Of a DNA stretch of 64,000 bases, positions 1-12,989 are shown piece by piece. Source of the DNA: Octopus vulgaris (taxonomy: Eukaryota); NCBI GenBank assembly GCA_951406725.2, contig OX597817.1, positions 8,928,001 through 8,992,000 on the forward strand. Direction: 5' to 3'. The notes under the pieces were generated by a model that was not told the DNA's origin, did no database searches, and worked only from the letters and a program-made list of their open reading frames with translations. The number at the start of each line of letters is the position of its first letter. The stretch's first letter is position 1. Position numbers and translations under genes: made by a program.

Positions 1-29
1 CAAAAGAGTCAGCTGATGTTCGCCTTTAC

Positions 30-158
30 CTTCTGCCGGAGCCGCGTGGAGCTTAGGTGTTTCGCTCATAAACACACACATCGCTCGGTCTGAGATTCGA
101 AGCCGCGATCCCTCAACCGCGAGTCCGCTGCTCTAACCACTAGGCCATGTGTCTCCAC
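30..158 (-). mobile_element. tRNA-derived SINE head (same family as 35197-35585)
   Basis: Reverse complement reads GTGGAGACACATGGCCTAGTGGTTAGAGCAGCGGACTCGCGG...GCTTCGAATCTC with pol III A and B boxes; matches the head at 35197. Confidence 0.8.
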
Positions 159-189
159 CATATGTGATACAGTATTGTATTATTACAGA

Positions 190-1450
190 AACTACAGCCT
201 TGCTTACATAGCAACGTTGCAGCTCAGGTACTGAATTCTGATCCCGTATCGCGAAATTCTCTTCAAACCTCCATCACAGCAAGATTCTCTTTAAACCTTT
301 AACCTACAAGGTTTCTTTATTGGAATTTCTGTGCATTCATGCATGTTATTGTGTGAGTGAATTTTTATGCTTTGACTTCTGCATGTGTACGTAAGCAAAC
401 TGGCAGAGTCGTTTAAGTGTTGGGGGAAAATATTTCCCCATAGTTTATCGTTAAAATTGTTAACGCTTGCTTGAACATACTTTTTCTTCTCTTTCTCAAA
501 TATCATTATGTCTAATCTATTGGGTTTATATTTTCCACATCTTCTGACAGGAACACTTTACTATTCTTTTATATAAATGATGGTTATTTTCACCCTGCCA
601 CAATAAAATCTTATATTTCGATCTTCAGACTCATACTTTGTCTACTGTTTGGGATTTTGGACACTTCACCACCTCTCATAGGTAAATAACACCATGATGA
701 CATTATGAGATGGGCACATATGATTAGAGTCGCATCGTTGTTAATTCCATCTCCATTTTTCCTTGGATTCCAGTCCTTTTTGTGTTTTTGTTGATATTTG
801 TTCTTATATTGCGAAAATACATCGACAATTATTTTTCGAAAATATATTAGCTCTTATCTTGAGAACTAAAATAGTAGTTATTATTCTAAGATGGAGCACT
901 TTGGTTATTTATGTTACTGCCATTCTGAAGCTTTTTCACACAATCGTTATGCACTAGATTCTACTGATAAGTAAAAAGTCTTTCGTCCGAGACTTTCTTG
1001 AGGGAGAGCAGTGTAAATTCCTATGTGCGTGTCTCTGGTCATCAGCCAGTGAATACTTACCAAGAAACTAGTTTCCAAATCTTATGTTGCTATGTAACTT
1101 AAACGTGTAGACTTGTTTTTGCCAATACTGACCACTGATATCCCACTGATTTAGGCTGGCAAGATATCGTTAATAGGTCAGTTTTCCGTACCAGTCTTAG
1201 ACAAACGATTCTCATCCTGGTGTTTTCTTATCCATATAATTTTCATCACAGTCTGAAGAACGTCAATCACTATTGGTGTAATGGATAAAACAAAAAGTTC
1301 TTTTAGTTATACTGTATCCTGATTAAACTCCTTTTTCTCACAATGGATTTTTCTCCAAGACGAATCAATAGATTCTATAGAAGGAGCCTCTGGGATTTTT
1401 ATTTACTGTCTTCTTATCGCAAGGTCATTTCGACTGAATTTCATATTAAT
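190..1450 (-). pseudogene. Highly degenerate R4/Dong-like (restriction-like endonuclease) LINE remnant
   Basis: Minus-strand fragments IESIDSSWRKIHCEKKEFN, KTPG..WYGKLT and KPNRLDIMIFEKEKK (RPD-type RLE motif), with many stops and frameshifts. Boundaries approximate. Confidence 0.6.
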
Positions 1451-2038
1451 GAGTTTTCTTTTGGCTACGTTGTTCTCTGTTGTTCAAAGTACTGTTTCTT
1501 TTGGCGCTGTTGTTCAAAGTAGACAGACCAGTTTGAGCCATAACATGTATACGCAAGTAAACAGCTACGAGCTATTAATTTTTCCGTTGCCAAAAGATAG
1601 ATACATTTTTTTTTCTTCTAAAAACGATTTAAGATAAATAGAAACCACTCATACTGATCCCTTTTTTTCTGCCCTTAGAGATATAAAACTTGTGATATAT
1701 TATTTTACTGCTCGGCTGAAACTGTGGGTTTAGCTTCAAAAGTAAAGCTTAAATTTCAAATTATCCATTAGAAATGTAAAGGATACATTTCAAATATTTA
1801 CTGTTGGTGGGAAGTTATGCCCTGGAGGTCCTTCAAGTTGCTGTAAAGTATCACAGCGATAATATATGCTTATGGATATGACTCGGTGCAGTTATTTATT
1901 TGTAAATCACGCTCTATAAGTACTTCAGAAATAGATATCAACACACGCGCGCGCTCGCGCGATTAGAAGACACTTGCTCCTGAGGGTATAGTATAATTAA
2001 TGTTAGTGAAGTATGAATGTGTGTGCATACTTTTATAT

Positions 2039-2077
<39 letters not shown>

Positions 2078-2519
2078 CATAAATGCATGTTTTCATTTTA
2101 ATATATGTGTGTGTGTGTGTGTTTAAAAAATGAAAAAGAGAAAAACTGCCAAAAACAAAATCTCTTTAATAAATTGCTTCATTAATTGTAAATAATTGTG
2201 TCTAATTAATGTCACATTAATCCGGAAGCACAACTCTTCTCGCTTAACAAGACATCATCTCTACGGTTGGTCTTTCACTCTCTATCTATCTATTTCTCTC
2301 TCTCTCTCTCTCTCTCTCACCATATAATTGCTAAAAGGAAAAGGAACTGGTAATATTAGGTCAACTGCTGTCTGATATTTTCATTCAGTTGTGGGTATAA
2401 ACCAGAAGAAACGGGTATTACCTCGGCGGTTCTCATTCTGATAAATACAAGACCTTCCTCGCTCAACACCAAATAATAATTATAATAATAATCCATTCTG
2501 CTATAGTCACAAGACTCTA

Positions 2520-2710
2520 AATTTGGTGGGAGGGATCTAGTCAATTATATTGACCCCAGTGCCCAACTGGTACTTATTTTATCGACCCCTGTCCGCAAAC
2601 GATGACAGGAAAAGTCGACATCGGTGGAATTTGAACTCAGAACGTAAAGACGAACGAAACACCGCTAAGCCTTTTGCTTGGCGTGCTAACGATTCTACCA
2701 GCTTGCCAGT
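2520..2710 (-). mobile_element. SINE family 2 copy (diverged)
   Basis: Shares GGAATTTGAACTCAGAACGTAA and CAACTGGTACTTATTT with 3325-3557, 12990-13384 and 17205-17443. Confidence 0.75.
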
Positions 2711-2848
2711 AATAAATAAATATTTAGTGAATACGAGCAAAACACCCCCCCCCCCCCGTCCAATTTAAACCAAATTTTAAAACAACTTGTCCGACCGTCC
2801 CGTAGGCCTCCTCTTTGAGAAACCCTGATTTAACCTAGATTTGAGACA

Positions 2849-3099
2849 CTAGCAAAAGAAGAAATAAAGATAGACTTTTTTTCTATTCCAAAAAAACAAA
2901 ACGGTTTTACAAATGCACGTTCCCACAGCTTTTATCGATCGCATTCTCACCTGGAATCAACTTTTGTAATTTTTTCAAGACTTATACACGCCCTGATACC
3001 GTCGGTATCTACATATCAAATTTGAGCGCAATCGGATGGAGGATACCCGAGATTCTAGAAGACACACACACACAGACAGAACGGATTTTATATAACAGA
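2849..3099 (-). mobile_element. Possible non-autonomous Helitron
   Basis: Minus strand starts A|TCTGTTATATAAAA and ends CTAG|T; no clear subterminal hairpin. Confidence 0.45.
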
Positions 3100-3324
3100 T
3101 TAGTGAAATTTTTGTTCCTCCTTCTCTTCATGAATAAGAAGGCAAAATGGTTTGCATCTATGTAAATTCTTTATTAACCATTGTGTTTTAAAGGTCAGAA
3201 TTATTTTTCTTTAATTCATTTACCTGTTTCATTCACTGGACTGCTATCATCCTTGGTGGGTTTAGACTGCCTTGGTGGGTTTAGCCGAACAAATGACACG
3301 CCAGAATTTATTCTTTTTGAATAT

Positions 3325-3557
3325 GTATTTCTTTACTGCCCACAAGGGGCTAAACATAGAGGGGACAAACAAGGACAGACAAAGTGAGTAAGTCGATTAC
3401 ATCGACTCCAGTGCGAAACTGGTACTTTATTTATTGACCCCGAAAGGATGAAAGGTAAAGTCGACCTCGGCGGAATTTGAACTCAGAACGTAACGACAGA
3501 CGAAATACCGCAAAGCATTTCGCCCGGCGCGCTAACGTTTCTGCCCGCTCGCCGCCT
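3325..3557 (-). mobile_element. tRNA-derived SINE family 2
   Basis: Head GGCGGCGAGCGGGCAGAAACGTTAGC...GAGTTCAAATTCC (B box) on the minus strand; repeated many times in the window. Confidence 0.85.
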
Positions 3558-3688
3558 ATAATATTCTTTTTGAATATGGTACTTAATCTACCTGCTTCTC
3601 TGTTTCCTATCCCAAGCCGTTCAGTTAGGGGCAACTTGAACAGACAGTTGTCAACCGTTGTTGCGGCAACAACACACAGATATACACG

Positions 3689-3771
<83 letters not shown>

Positions 3772-3945
3772 TTATTCACACACATACACGCATTAAGAAT
3801 AAATATGCAAATATCCACTCCAGATCTCGCTGTACACGGTGCGAACAACGGATTTTTTTTATAGAATGTTAGATGTGAACCCTGATTAACAAACATTGCT
3901 GAAAGTATAAATAAAGACCAGCTGGTTGGCTAGACTCAAAGGTCC

Positions 3946-4003
3946 GAGGTACTTCTGGCTGATGAGACACAACATGTCGAAACATTGGTGTTCCAGAATC
4001 CTC
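3946..4003 (+). ncRNA. Type I hammerhead ribozyme
   Basis: Stem I TTCTGG/CCAGAA extended by GAGG/CCTC; core CTGATGA at 3959-3965; stem II GACA-CAACA-TGTC; GAAA; stem III ACA-TTGG-TGT; cleavage triplet GUU. Confidence 0.8.
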
Positions 4004-4591
4004 TGCGCCAAAGAGTCGTGAGTGTTGAACTCACTATTGTCATAAAAGAGGGATGTTTTTTTTCTGTTTGACGTACATTTTACGTGGATATGGATTCAGA
4101 AAATCGTGTGGCTAACACAGAAAGTTTCTCTTACGGACTCTGTCCACTTTGTAATCCAATACAGAGAAGTGTAATGTAGAGTGTCCATACAGCTGAAATC
4201 CAGAAGATTCGATCAATGAAATTATTTCATGAGGAGTATATAAACCATAAAATGTGAACCACTTAACATCCATAGAATTACGACCGTCTCAAAGCCTTCA
4301 TGAGGTTATAATTTCAGTGCGGAAGAAATTGTGCTTATGTGTTTGCATAAATATGCATGCTTGATGTTAAGCAATACAATTACATATTCACAAATCAATG
4401 CAAATATAAAAAAGCCAATTCATCAGATCACTAGAACATCATATTTGCACAAGAATTGAATCCACCTAGTTTCCGTTAATCAAATTCACTCACAAGGCAT
4501 TAGCTGGTCCGGGGCGAACTTTTTGACTATATACCGCCTTCATCAAAAGTGCGAACATTTTAACCACAAGCCATCTATCTCAAATACATAT

Positions 4592-4993
4592 AGGCGCAAG
4601 AGTGGCTGTGTGGAAAGTAGCTTGCTTCCCAACCACGTGGTTCCGGGTTCAGTCTCACTGCGTGACATTTTGGGCAAGTGTCTTCTACTATAGCCTCGGG
4701 CCAACCAAAGCCTCGTGAGAGGATTTGATAGACGGAAACTGAAATAAGCCCGTCGTATATATATATATTTATATATATAAACATGTATGTATGTATATGT
4801 TTGTATTTGTTCCCTCACCATCGCTTGACAACCGATACTGGTTTGTTTACGTACCCATAATTTAGCGGTTCAGTAAAAGAGACCTATAGAATAAGTACGA
4901 GGCTTACAAAGAATGAGTCCTGGGATCGATTTGCTCGACTAAATGCAGTGCTCCAGCATGGCCGCAGTCAAATGACTGGAACAAACAAAAGAA
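4592..4993 (+). mobile_element. tRNA-derived SINE family 1 (about 400 bp)
   Basis: AGGCGCAAGAGTGGCTGTGTGG...GGTTCAGTC head, internal (TA)n, tail CAGCATGGCCGCAGTCAAATGACTG; at least 8 copies in the window. Confidence 0.9.
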
Positions 4994-5732
4994 ATATAAG
5001 AGTATATCTTTACTTCGTTTTTATACTTATTACGGCTGAAACACTATAAGACTTCACATAATTTATATTGCCGTCTTTGAGGAATTTGGGTACTATTGAA
5101 TAAATACAAAATTATTCCGTGGCAATGTCTTCTTCCTTTTCAGTTTTCAGGAAACACTCCCATCCCGAAAGGGCTCCCTGTTATTATCACTTCATTATCT
5201 GAAAGTCACAGATAATACGCATGTCATTATGGGTATTCGGGCTTAGAAATATTTTACAAACACACAAATTTACACACATACCCACAGACAAACACATACA
5301 TACATGCCTACATTCATACATACATATGCATGTATGTGAGTGTAAATGTCTGTACGTGTGTTGGCCCAGCCACCCACACGGTCAATCTCGGCCGTAGTTT
5401 GTATAATTTATGGATGGAAGATAACCACATGAGGAGTGTGTCATCAGCTCGCAGGGAATCTGACTTGCTCCACGTCTATATCCCCGAAGGTGAATCATAC
5501 ATCCCTACACTCATATATATATATATATATATATACACATACACACTTCCATACATACACTCACAGATACATATACACATATACATACACGTACGTCCCT
5601 ACATATGCATATATTTTTATAAATACCCATACGCGCACACACACCCAAACCCACGGGTGTACGCATATACCCATACATATGCATACATGTATATATATAA
5701 TATATATATATATATTTTCTCTTTCTCTTTCT

Positions 5733-5789
<57 letters not shown>

Positions 5790-6200
5790 GCACACACACA
5801 CACACATTCATATACATATATTTACACACGTACGCATATGCGCACACATACTCCTAGCCCCCCCCACACACACACACACACACGCACATGTATACGTACA
5901 TCTATACTCGCACACACGCACACATATACTTGCACACATCCGCATACACATTCCTGCGTCCCGATTAGAGCTATGGATCTCTACTGGCTCGAGGAACCCC
6001 TGTGCAATAATTTAATTGTCTTATGCACACATATCTGCACTGGAGAATTAAAAATTACTGCCGATTCTAGCAGTTTTGTAACGTCTTGCGGAACCCCTAG
6101 ACTAGACCCCTTGATATAGGCTCGATGATTGCAATTCATGAGGTTTTCACTTGGCGGGTTTGGGGTAATCTGAGTTGCCGGGGTTATGGTTTGTATCGGT

Positions 6201-8423
6201 TAGGTGTGGTTTGCATTGTATTGTATGAACAGGTGGTTGACTGTATTCTTGCATCTTGGCAGTCGTTCAGCAAATCTATTTGTAATCCGCTCTTTTGTCA
6301 ACAATATTGACAGCGATTTCTCAGAACATAGCTAACATTTCTAGGATAGTGTGCTGTAGGGACTCGCGTGTCTAATTACTGGCCAGGTCAGGTCGCATTT
6401 TATTTTCTCTTCCTTGAATCGCCAGAAGAAATCGGCCAGTGATGTTGCGTGCCGTTTAAGGATTTTTCGAAAACTGGAGATGTGGTTTCTATATCTATTT
6501 TTGAAAATATCAGCCGATGCACCGATATATACGTAGGGACCGCTTTTAGTATTTATAGTATACTTGTACGCTACATTTCGTGTCTTGCATTGGTTAGCCA
6601 GCGGACATTTCGAACGGTCCCTGCATGAGCATAGATTGTCAGTTCTTTTGTTTGCGTGTGTATACCAGTCCAGTCGGTTCTATTTATACTCCTGCTCGTG
6701 GCTACCCTATTATTATTTTTATTATTTCTGGATGCGTATGTGTTGTTGTTTGAGTTGTTGTGGCTATCAAATGCTGGTTGGTTTGTAAAGTTGTTGAAGA
6801 TGTTTTTACTCTGTTGGTTAGTGTTATTGTTCGAGTCATTGCTACTTGGTTGGTATTTTCAAAGTCACTGGGGTTGTTATATGTGTCGTATTTGGTGAGG
6901 TTATTCCCGGAGCAGTGCGTGTTATTACTATTATTATTCTTACTACTACTCACTGAGCTATTAGGATTGATACTATCGTTATTATTGCTATTACTACTAC
7001 CCGCGTATTGGATTTTCGCACGGTAGCCGGCCGCAGCCAGGGCGGCGTTATTGAATATATATTCATTGGCGGACAATCAAGATATTCTGGCCGAAGTGTT
7101 CTTAATCAGTCCCCTAATAATACATGGTAGATGATTTGATCTAATGTTTATGTATTTTATGCTCTCATTGGGCTTATGAAAGGTTTCGTGCAGTCGAGTA
7201 TCTAAATCGAAAGTAGCGTCTAAGAAATTTATTCTACGGTATCCATCATTTATGATTATTGAGAGTCCGAAGTTTTTAAAAAACTTAAGTAAATATATTT
7301 TGTGTTTTTGACGCTCTACCTTACTACGACTGTTTATGGAGAATAACGCATCATCCCTGTATAAATTTCCACAGATTCCCGGAAGAAAGGACTGGATCAG
7401 GGATAAGATATAAACACAGACTAGGTCTGTGGCTTGTACGGAATCCGAGGATCCCATAGCTATATCGAATGCGTCTTCTCTACCAGACCGGTTCCACAGT
7501 TTACCATCAAAATATACTCGGGTTCTGCGCGCCGTTAGTATTACGCCGATTTCGTATTTAGAAAGGTCTGGATTATTCTTTGCGGAGATTAATACCTTCT
7601 TTAAGAGAATAGGGTTAATGTTGGCGTAATATCCCTCGATGTCCATTTGAATAAATTTATTGTGTTTATCTATTTCGAGTTGGCTGAACTACCCGATTAC
7701 GTCCTGTGTGTCTGACCACAGTGATAGGGTGCTTTTAGATCTTAGATTTGGCATTATTCGATCTATCATCGTCTTACTTATCCTCCCAATCTCCGATTTC
7801 GAGTGGCAGATTAGTCTAACTGAGGGGTCGCTCCAAAAGTTCAGTTTATGGTCTTTCAGCGTTATACGAAGTTTTCTTGGTGCATGAGGTTCAGTACTAT
7901 CCTGTATATCTTCGTGGTCCACTATTTCTAATCTCCTTCTATTGATTCTATTTAGTGAGTCAGAGAGTGCGTGTCTGTATTTACCATATAGTTCCTTAAG
8001 TATAAACTTCTCATAAAGGTCAAAATCAACAATGTAGATATTACCGGTTTTATTCGCTGGTACAAGTATTCCCGGGGCCTTCTCAAACACATCGAGTAGC
8101 TTCCTTAGTTTTTGTTGGAACGGGTTCTTCCTTCTGTGCTTTTTTTTCTAAATTCTACATTTTTGACGATGTGGCATAGCTCTTCTTCGAGTCTGGTGAT
8201 GTGTTTATTGGTTGATAGATTATTCTGTGATTTAAATTTCCGTTTAAGTGTGCTGTGTGGTTCCGACTCGTTCGGTTGCTTATCATTTTTGTCAAAATAG
8301 GAAGCTTTCCATCGCATTCTGCCAATGTACTGGCTGGTCTTCTCGAGGAGTGATCTTATGTATATCGTTTCTGCTCGGTATAAGTATATCTTTGAGTGAG
8401 ACGTCTAATACCATTTTTTCCAT
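6201..8423 (-). pseudogene. Penelope-like element (Naiad-like) RT plus C-terminal GIY-YIG ORF, disrupted
   Basis: N-terminus SLKDILIP..RMRWKASYF; RT motifs DIEGYYANI, FDIAMGSSDSVQATDLV, LYRDDAL, INFLD; endonuclease CSCRDRSKCPLANQC..NVAYK..YIG..FKNRYRNH and KC*LCSEK. Several stops and frameshifts. Confidence 0.9.
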
Positions 8424-9537
8424 CTTCCCGGCACACTAATTTATAGCACCTTCCTCCGTAACCCGGATGATAGTTTAACCATTTAATATTTTGAACTAAT
8501 GGGTATATGTCGAGTAGAGTGTTGAAATGTTGAGTGGAGCACCAGCACAAATTTGGGTTACCTGGTGTCATCCGCAGTCGGAGTATATTTCCGTCAGACC
8601 TACTTCAGGAACCCCACAGTGTTAGTTGAGATAATAATAATTTCTTAAGTAACAAGAAGATGGATTTGGTATTAATCTTTATTTTGTGCAATGGTCGTTT
8701 CGATGCATACAGCTACTGTTCCTTGTGGGTGGGACTCCGTTCAACATGCTGTGTTGCATCAATTTTGCAACCTGGGTCTCATCAGGTACATTCATACATA
8801 AAGTTGTGTCTCGCTAAAGGCCCGAAGTTTTGGCTGTCATGTTGTTATATGCCCGTCTGGTTAGGAAATGAAGGATCACAACAATTTTCTGTTACTATTA
8901 TCTTTTTTCACTAAGAGTTGCAAACACTTGTAAATATAGACAAATAATTGTTGATAAAAAAAATTGTAGAAGTTAATGGATGGACGGGGATGGATTGAGT
9001 TACATTGGGTTTAAGACAGGCTTCTTGGAAAGTTGTTGACAAACAACGGCAGTAATTTTTTTCGGCTGAATACACGTCATTGATTGGTTGAAATTACCGA
9101 AATAACTTAGAGTGAAATAACATCGTAAATTTTCTCAGAAATGTTAAAAGTAAAAGATGTTTTATATGACACATTCTACCAGTGTCCGAGGTTTGAAATT
9201 ATTTTTTAAATCTGTAGGTCAAAAGGTAAAGATCCGGCTTCTTTCAGTTTCCGTCTACCACATCTACTCATAAGACTTTGGTCTTGCACAAACACATACA
9301 CACACTGCGAAATAGAGTGAGAGAGAGGGAAAGGGAGAGAGAGAGAAAAAGAAAATAAGAGAGTGAGAGAGAGACAAAGACAGAGAGAAAGAGAGGGAAA
9401 GAGAGAGAGATAGAGACAGAGTGAAAGAGAGGGGAAAAGAGGGAGAGAGAGAGCAGTAGATAGCATAAGGGTAAAAAGAGACGCACTAAAAATAGTGTAG
9501 CAGATAGAGAAATAGATTACACAGCCACAAGTGTTGT

Positions 9538-9762
9538 TTACTCTTTACTCTTTTACTTGTTTCAGTCATTTTGACTGCGGCCATGCTGGAGCACCGCCTT
9601 TAATCGAGCAACTCGACCCCGGGACTTATTCTTTTTGTAAGCCCAGTACTTATTCTATCGGTCTCTTTTGCCGAACCGCTAAGTAACGGGGACATAAACA
9701 CACCAGCATCGGTTGTCAAGCAATGCTAGGGGGACAAACACAGACACACAAACACACACACA

Positions 9763-9800
<38 letters not shown>

Positions 9801-9978
9801 ACGACGGGCTTCTTTCAGTTTCCGTCTACCAAATCCACTCACAAGGCTTTGGTCTGGTCGGCCCGAGGCTATAAGTAGAAGACACTTACTTATCCAAGGT
9901 GCTACGCAGTGGGACTGAACCCGGAACCATGTGGTTGGTTAGCAAGCTACTTACCACACAGCCACCACTCCTGCGCCT
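9538..9978 (-). mobile_element. SINE family 1
   Basis: Reverse complement of the 12463-12885 family with a (GAGTAAA)-type tail. Confidence 0.9.
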
Positions 9979-10569
9979 GTTTGTTTGTTTTGTTTCAACT
10001 TCAAAAAACTTCTTGAATGATGATAACCGAACGAAAATACATATGTTTGGGTTTGGGGCCTCTACAGTTTCTAACAACAAGCGTCAGTCTACAAAATCCT
10101 CAAAATGCTATTTCCGCAACAGTCGCAAATGCCTACCATTGCTTTCCTTCTTTTCTTTCTTCCTATTTTTTTTTTACTTCTTTACTTCCTTTTTCAGTTT
10201 TTTTTCTTTTCAATTATCTTTTCATATTTTAGGAATATTATTCTTCTTATTATTGTTCTTACATTTTCATTGTTTTTTTTTCTTCTTTTTCTGTACTTTC
10301 TTTCTTTTTTCAAGTAAGAGGCTTTTCTTTCTTTCATTCTTTTTTCTTTCCTTCATTCTTTTTTTTACTGTTCTTTTTTCTTTTTTTTTTGTTGTTGTTT
10401 GTATGGGGGGGGGAGGTATGTGGAATGTGGAATGCACAGAAATAGAAAAAAAAGGGGCGTTATTTGAAAGTTGGCGGGCGTCTGGGACTACGACTGAAGG
10501 GTGTAGGTACCCGGGGTGGCAATGGCAAGCGTGGTGCGTTGCGGTCTGGTATGAGAGTATAGGCGTTGA

Positions 10570-10688
10570 TACTGCTAGTGGTAGTGATGATGGTTGTAGC
10601 AACGCTAGTTGTAGTAGTAGTGGTGGTGGTGGCGGTGGCAATGGAGGTAGTGGTGATGATGATGGTGGTGTTGGTGGTGGTATTGATG

Positions 10689-10740
<52 letters not shown>

Positions 10741-11495
10741 AGCTAGTAGTGATGAGGTTGTTTGCATTAGTCGTGGTGGTGGCGGCGGTAGTAGTGATGG
10801 TGGTGGTAGTGGTGGTGGTGGTGGAGGTGGTGGTCGTGGTTGTAGTCGTGGTGGTGGTGGTGGTGGTGGTGGTGGTAAGGATGTGGATGCTGGTGTGATG
10901 GTCGTCGGGGTTATGTTAATGTTTCCGATGGTGATGTGTATTGGTGGTAGTGGTGATGGGGATGGTTGCTGTGATGGTGATGGTGATAGTGTTGATGGTG
11001 GCAAGAAGAGGATAAACTTTACATTGATAATGATGCTAGAAGTGGCGGCAGAAGGAATAGTGGTAGTAGTGGTGATAGGGATGTTACTAATTGTGGTGGT
11101 GGTGGTGGCGGTAGTATCGATGGTAGCTTGGGGGAGCAAGCCAAGTTAACAATTGTAATGGTGTTGTTATGTCCATGGTAGGAGACTGTGACTATGGTCA
11201 TTGTGATGGTGGTGGTGGCGGCGGTGGCGGCGATGGTGGTGGCGGTGGTGGTGGCGGTGGTGGTGGTGGTGGTGGTGGCGGTGGTGGTGGCGGTGGTGGT
11301 GGCGGCGGTGGTGGTGATGGTTGTGGCGGCGGCGGTGGCGGCGGCGGTGGCGATGGTGGTAGAGTTGGTGATGATGGTGGTGGTGGTGGTGGCGGTGGTG
11401 GTGGTGGTAGCAGCGATGGTCGTGGCGGTGATGTTAGTGGTGGTTTTGGTAGTGGTGGTGGTGGTGGTGGTGGTGATGGCGGCGACGGTAGTGGT
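10570..11495. repeat. Compound (GGT/GGC/AGT/GAT)n trinucleotide low-complexity tract
   Basis: Seen directly; explains the poly-G/V/P/L ORFs. Confidence 0.9.
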
Positions 11496-11636
11496 GAGAG
11501 GTGTTGGTACTATAGCGAGAGGTGCTGCTGACGACGGTTAGTAATAGTACTAGTGGTGGAAAAGGAGAGGGGGTGTACGTAGTAGGGATAATAATAGGGG
11601 TGGCGGTAGTGGAGAGACTGCTGGAAGTAAAGGGTG

Positions 11637-11704
<68 letters not shown>

Positions 11705-12054
11705 TGAAGATGACAGTGGAACAGTAGTAATATGAGGCGAACGGGTGGCGGGGAAGTGGAAATGAAGTCCATGAATATCGGTGAACGATGGTAAGGATGG
11801 GAGTGGCGGGAGGGGTTAGAGGAGCAGAAAACGGAAACAGGAAATAAAAAGACGATAAGAAACGAAAAAAGCGGAAGTCTTTTAAAGAAGCACATACACA
11901 CAAACACACACACACACACACACACGAACGTAGTATACGCATTCACACAGACATACGTAGAGAGGTTTATTCACAAACACATACTTAACCTCCAACTCGT
12001 CTTCCTCTCTATACAGTTACAGACATGCATATATTGCATGCTCACTCTTTCTGT

Positions 12055-12087
<33 letters not shown>

Positions 12088-12184
12088 GGGGTGTATATGT
12101 GTGTGTGTCTGTGTGTGTATGTATACATTTATATTTACTTCTGTCTATGTATTTGCATATCTATACATACATGTATATTCATTA

Positions 12185-12240
<56 letters not shown>

Positions 12241-12310
12241 GGAGTAAACACATAAATGTGAAACAAGGTGGAAAAAAAGAGTACTCAAATACCGGTGTTA
12301 GAGTAATATG

Positions 12311-12451
12311 CTTTATTTAAAGCAGCAGAAAGTTCTACAAAACCTGTTACTCTGAGTTTCGCGTTGCCGTTCAGCAAAAACTGTCCGATGTACGGCAACG
12401 CGAAACTCAGAGTAACAGGTTTTGTAGAACTTTCTGCTGCTTTAAATAAAG
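12311..12451. repeat. Perfect 60-bp inverted repeat with 21-nt spacer, containing an HHR motif
   Basis: 12311-12370 is the exact reverse complement of 12392-12451. Confidence 0.95.
12381..12418 (+). ncRNA. Minimal hammerhead motif with mutated core
   Basis: CTGT CCGATGT ACG-GCAA-CGC GAAAC TCAGA GTA ACAG: stem I CTGT/ACAG, GUA site, core deviates from CUGANGA. Confidence 0.6.
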
Positions 12452-12462
12452 TATATATATAT

Positions 12463-12884
12463 AGGCGCAGGAGTGGCTGTGTGGTAAGTAGCTTGCTAAC
12501 CAGCCACATGGTTCCGGGTTCAGTCCCACTGCGTGACATCTTGGGCAAGTGTCTTCTGCTATAGCCCCGGGCCGACCAATGCCTTGTGAGTAGATTTGGT
12601 AGACGGAAACTGAAAGAAGCCTGTCGTATATATGTATACATATATTTATGTGTGTATGTGTGTGTATGTTTGTGTGTCTGTGTTTGTCCTCTTAGCATTG
12701 CTTGACAACCGATGCTGGTGTGTTTACGTCCCCGTCACTTAGCGGTTCGGCAAAAGGGACCGATAGAATAAGTACTGGGCTTACAAAGAATAAGTCCCGG
12801 GGTCGATTTGCTCGACTAAAGGCGGTGCTCCAGCATGGCCGCAGTCAAATGACTGAAACAAGTAAAAGAATAAAGAGTAAAGAG

Positions 12885-12885
<1 letters not shown>
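12463..12885 (+). mobile_element. SINE family 1, full length
   Basis: Head, internal TA/TG repeat and tail all match the other copies. Confidence 0.9.
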
Positions 12886-12919
<34 letters not shown>

Positions 12920-12989
12920 TCAGATATAACATACTCACTCACTTGCACATACACATACATACAAACACACGCATATATAATTAAAAAAA

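Noticed and set aside
7077-7079. In-frame TGA in the Naiad-like ORF as possible selenocysteine
   Set aside because: It falls in RIS*LS, where Arg rather than Cys is expected (likely CGA to TGA). Other TAG stops exist and I found no convincing SECIS downstream.
9899-11541. Long ORFs (416, 290 and 120 aa) rich in G, S, P, L and V
   Set aside because: Open frames arise from stop-free trinucleotide repeats on both strands; one starts inside a SINE; no domain content.
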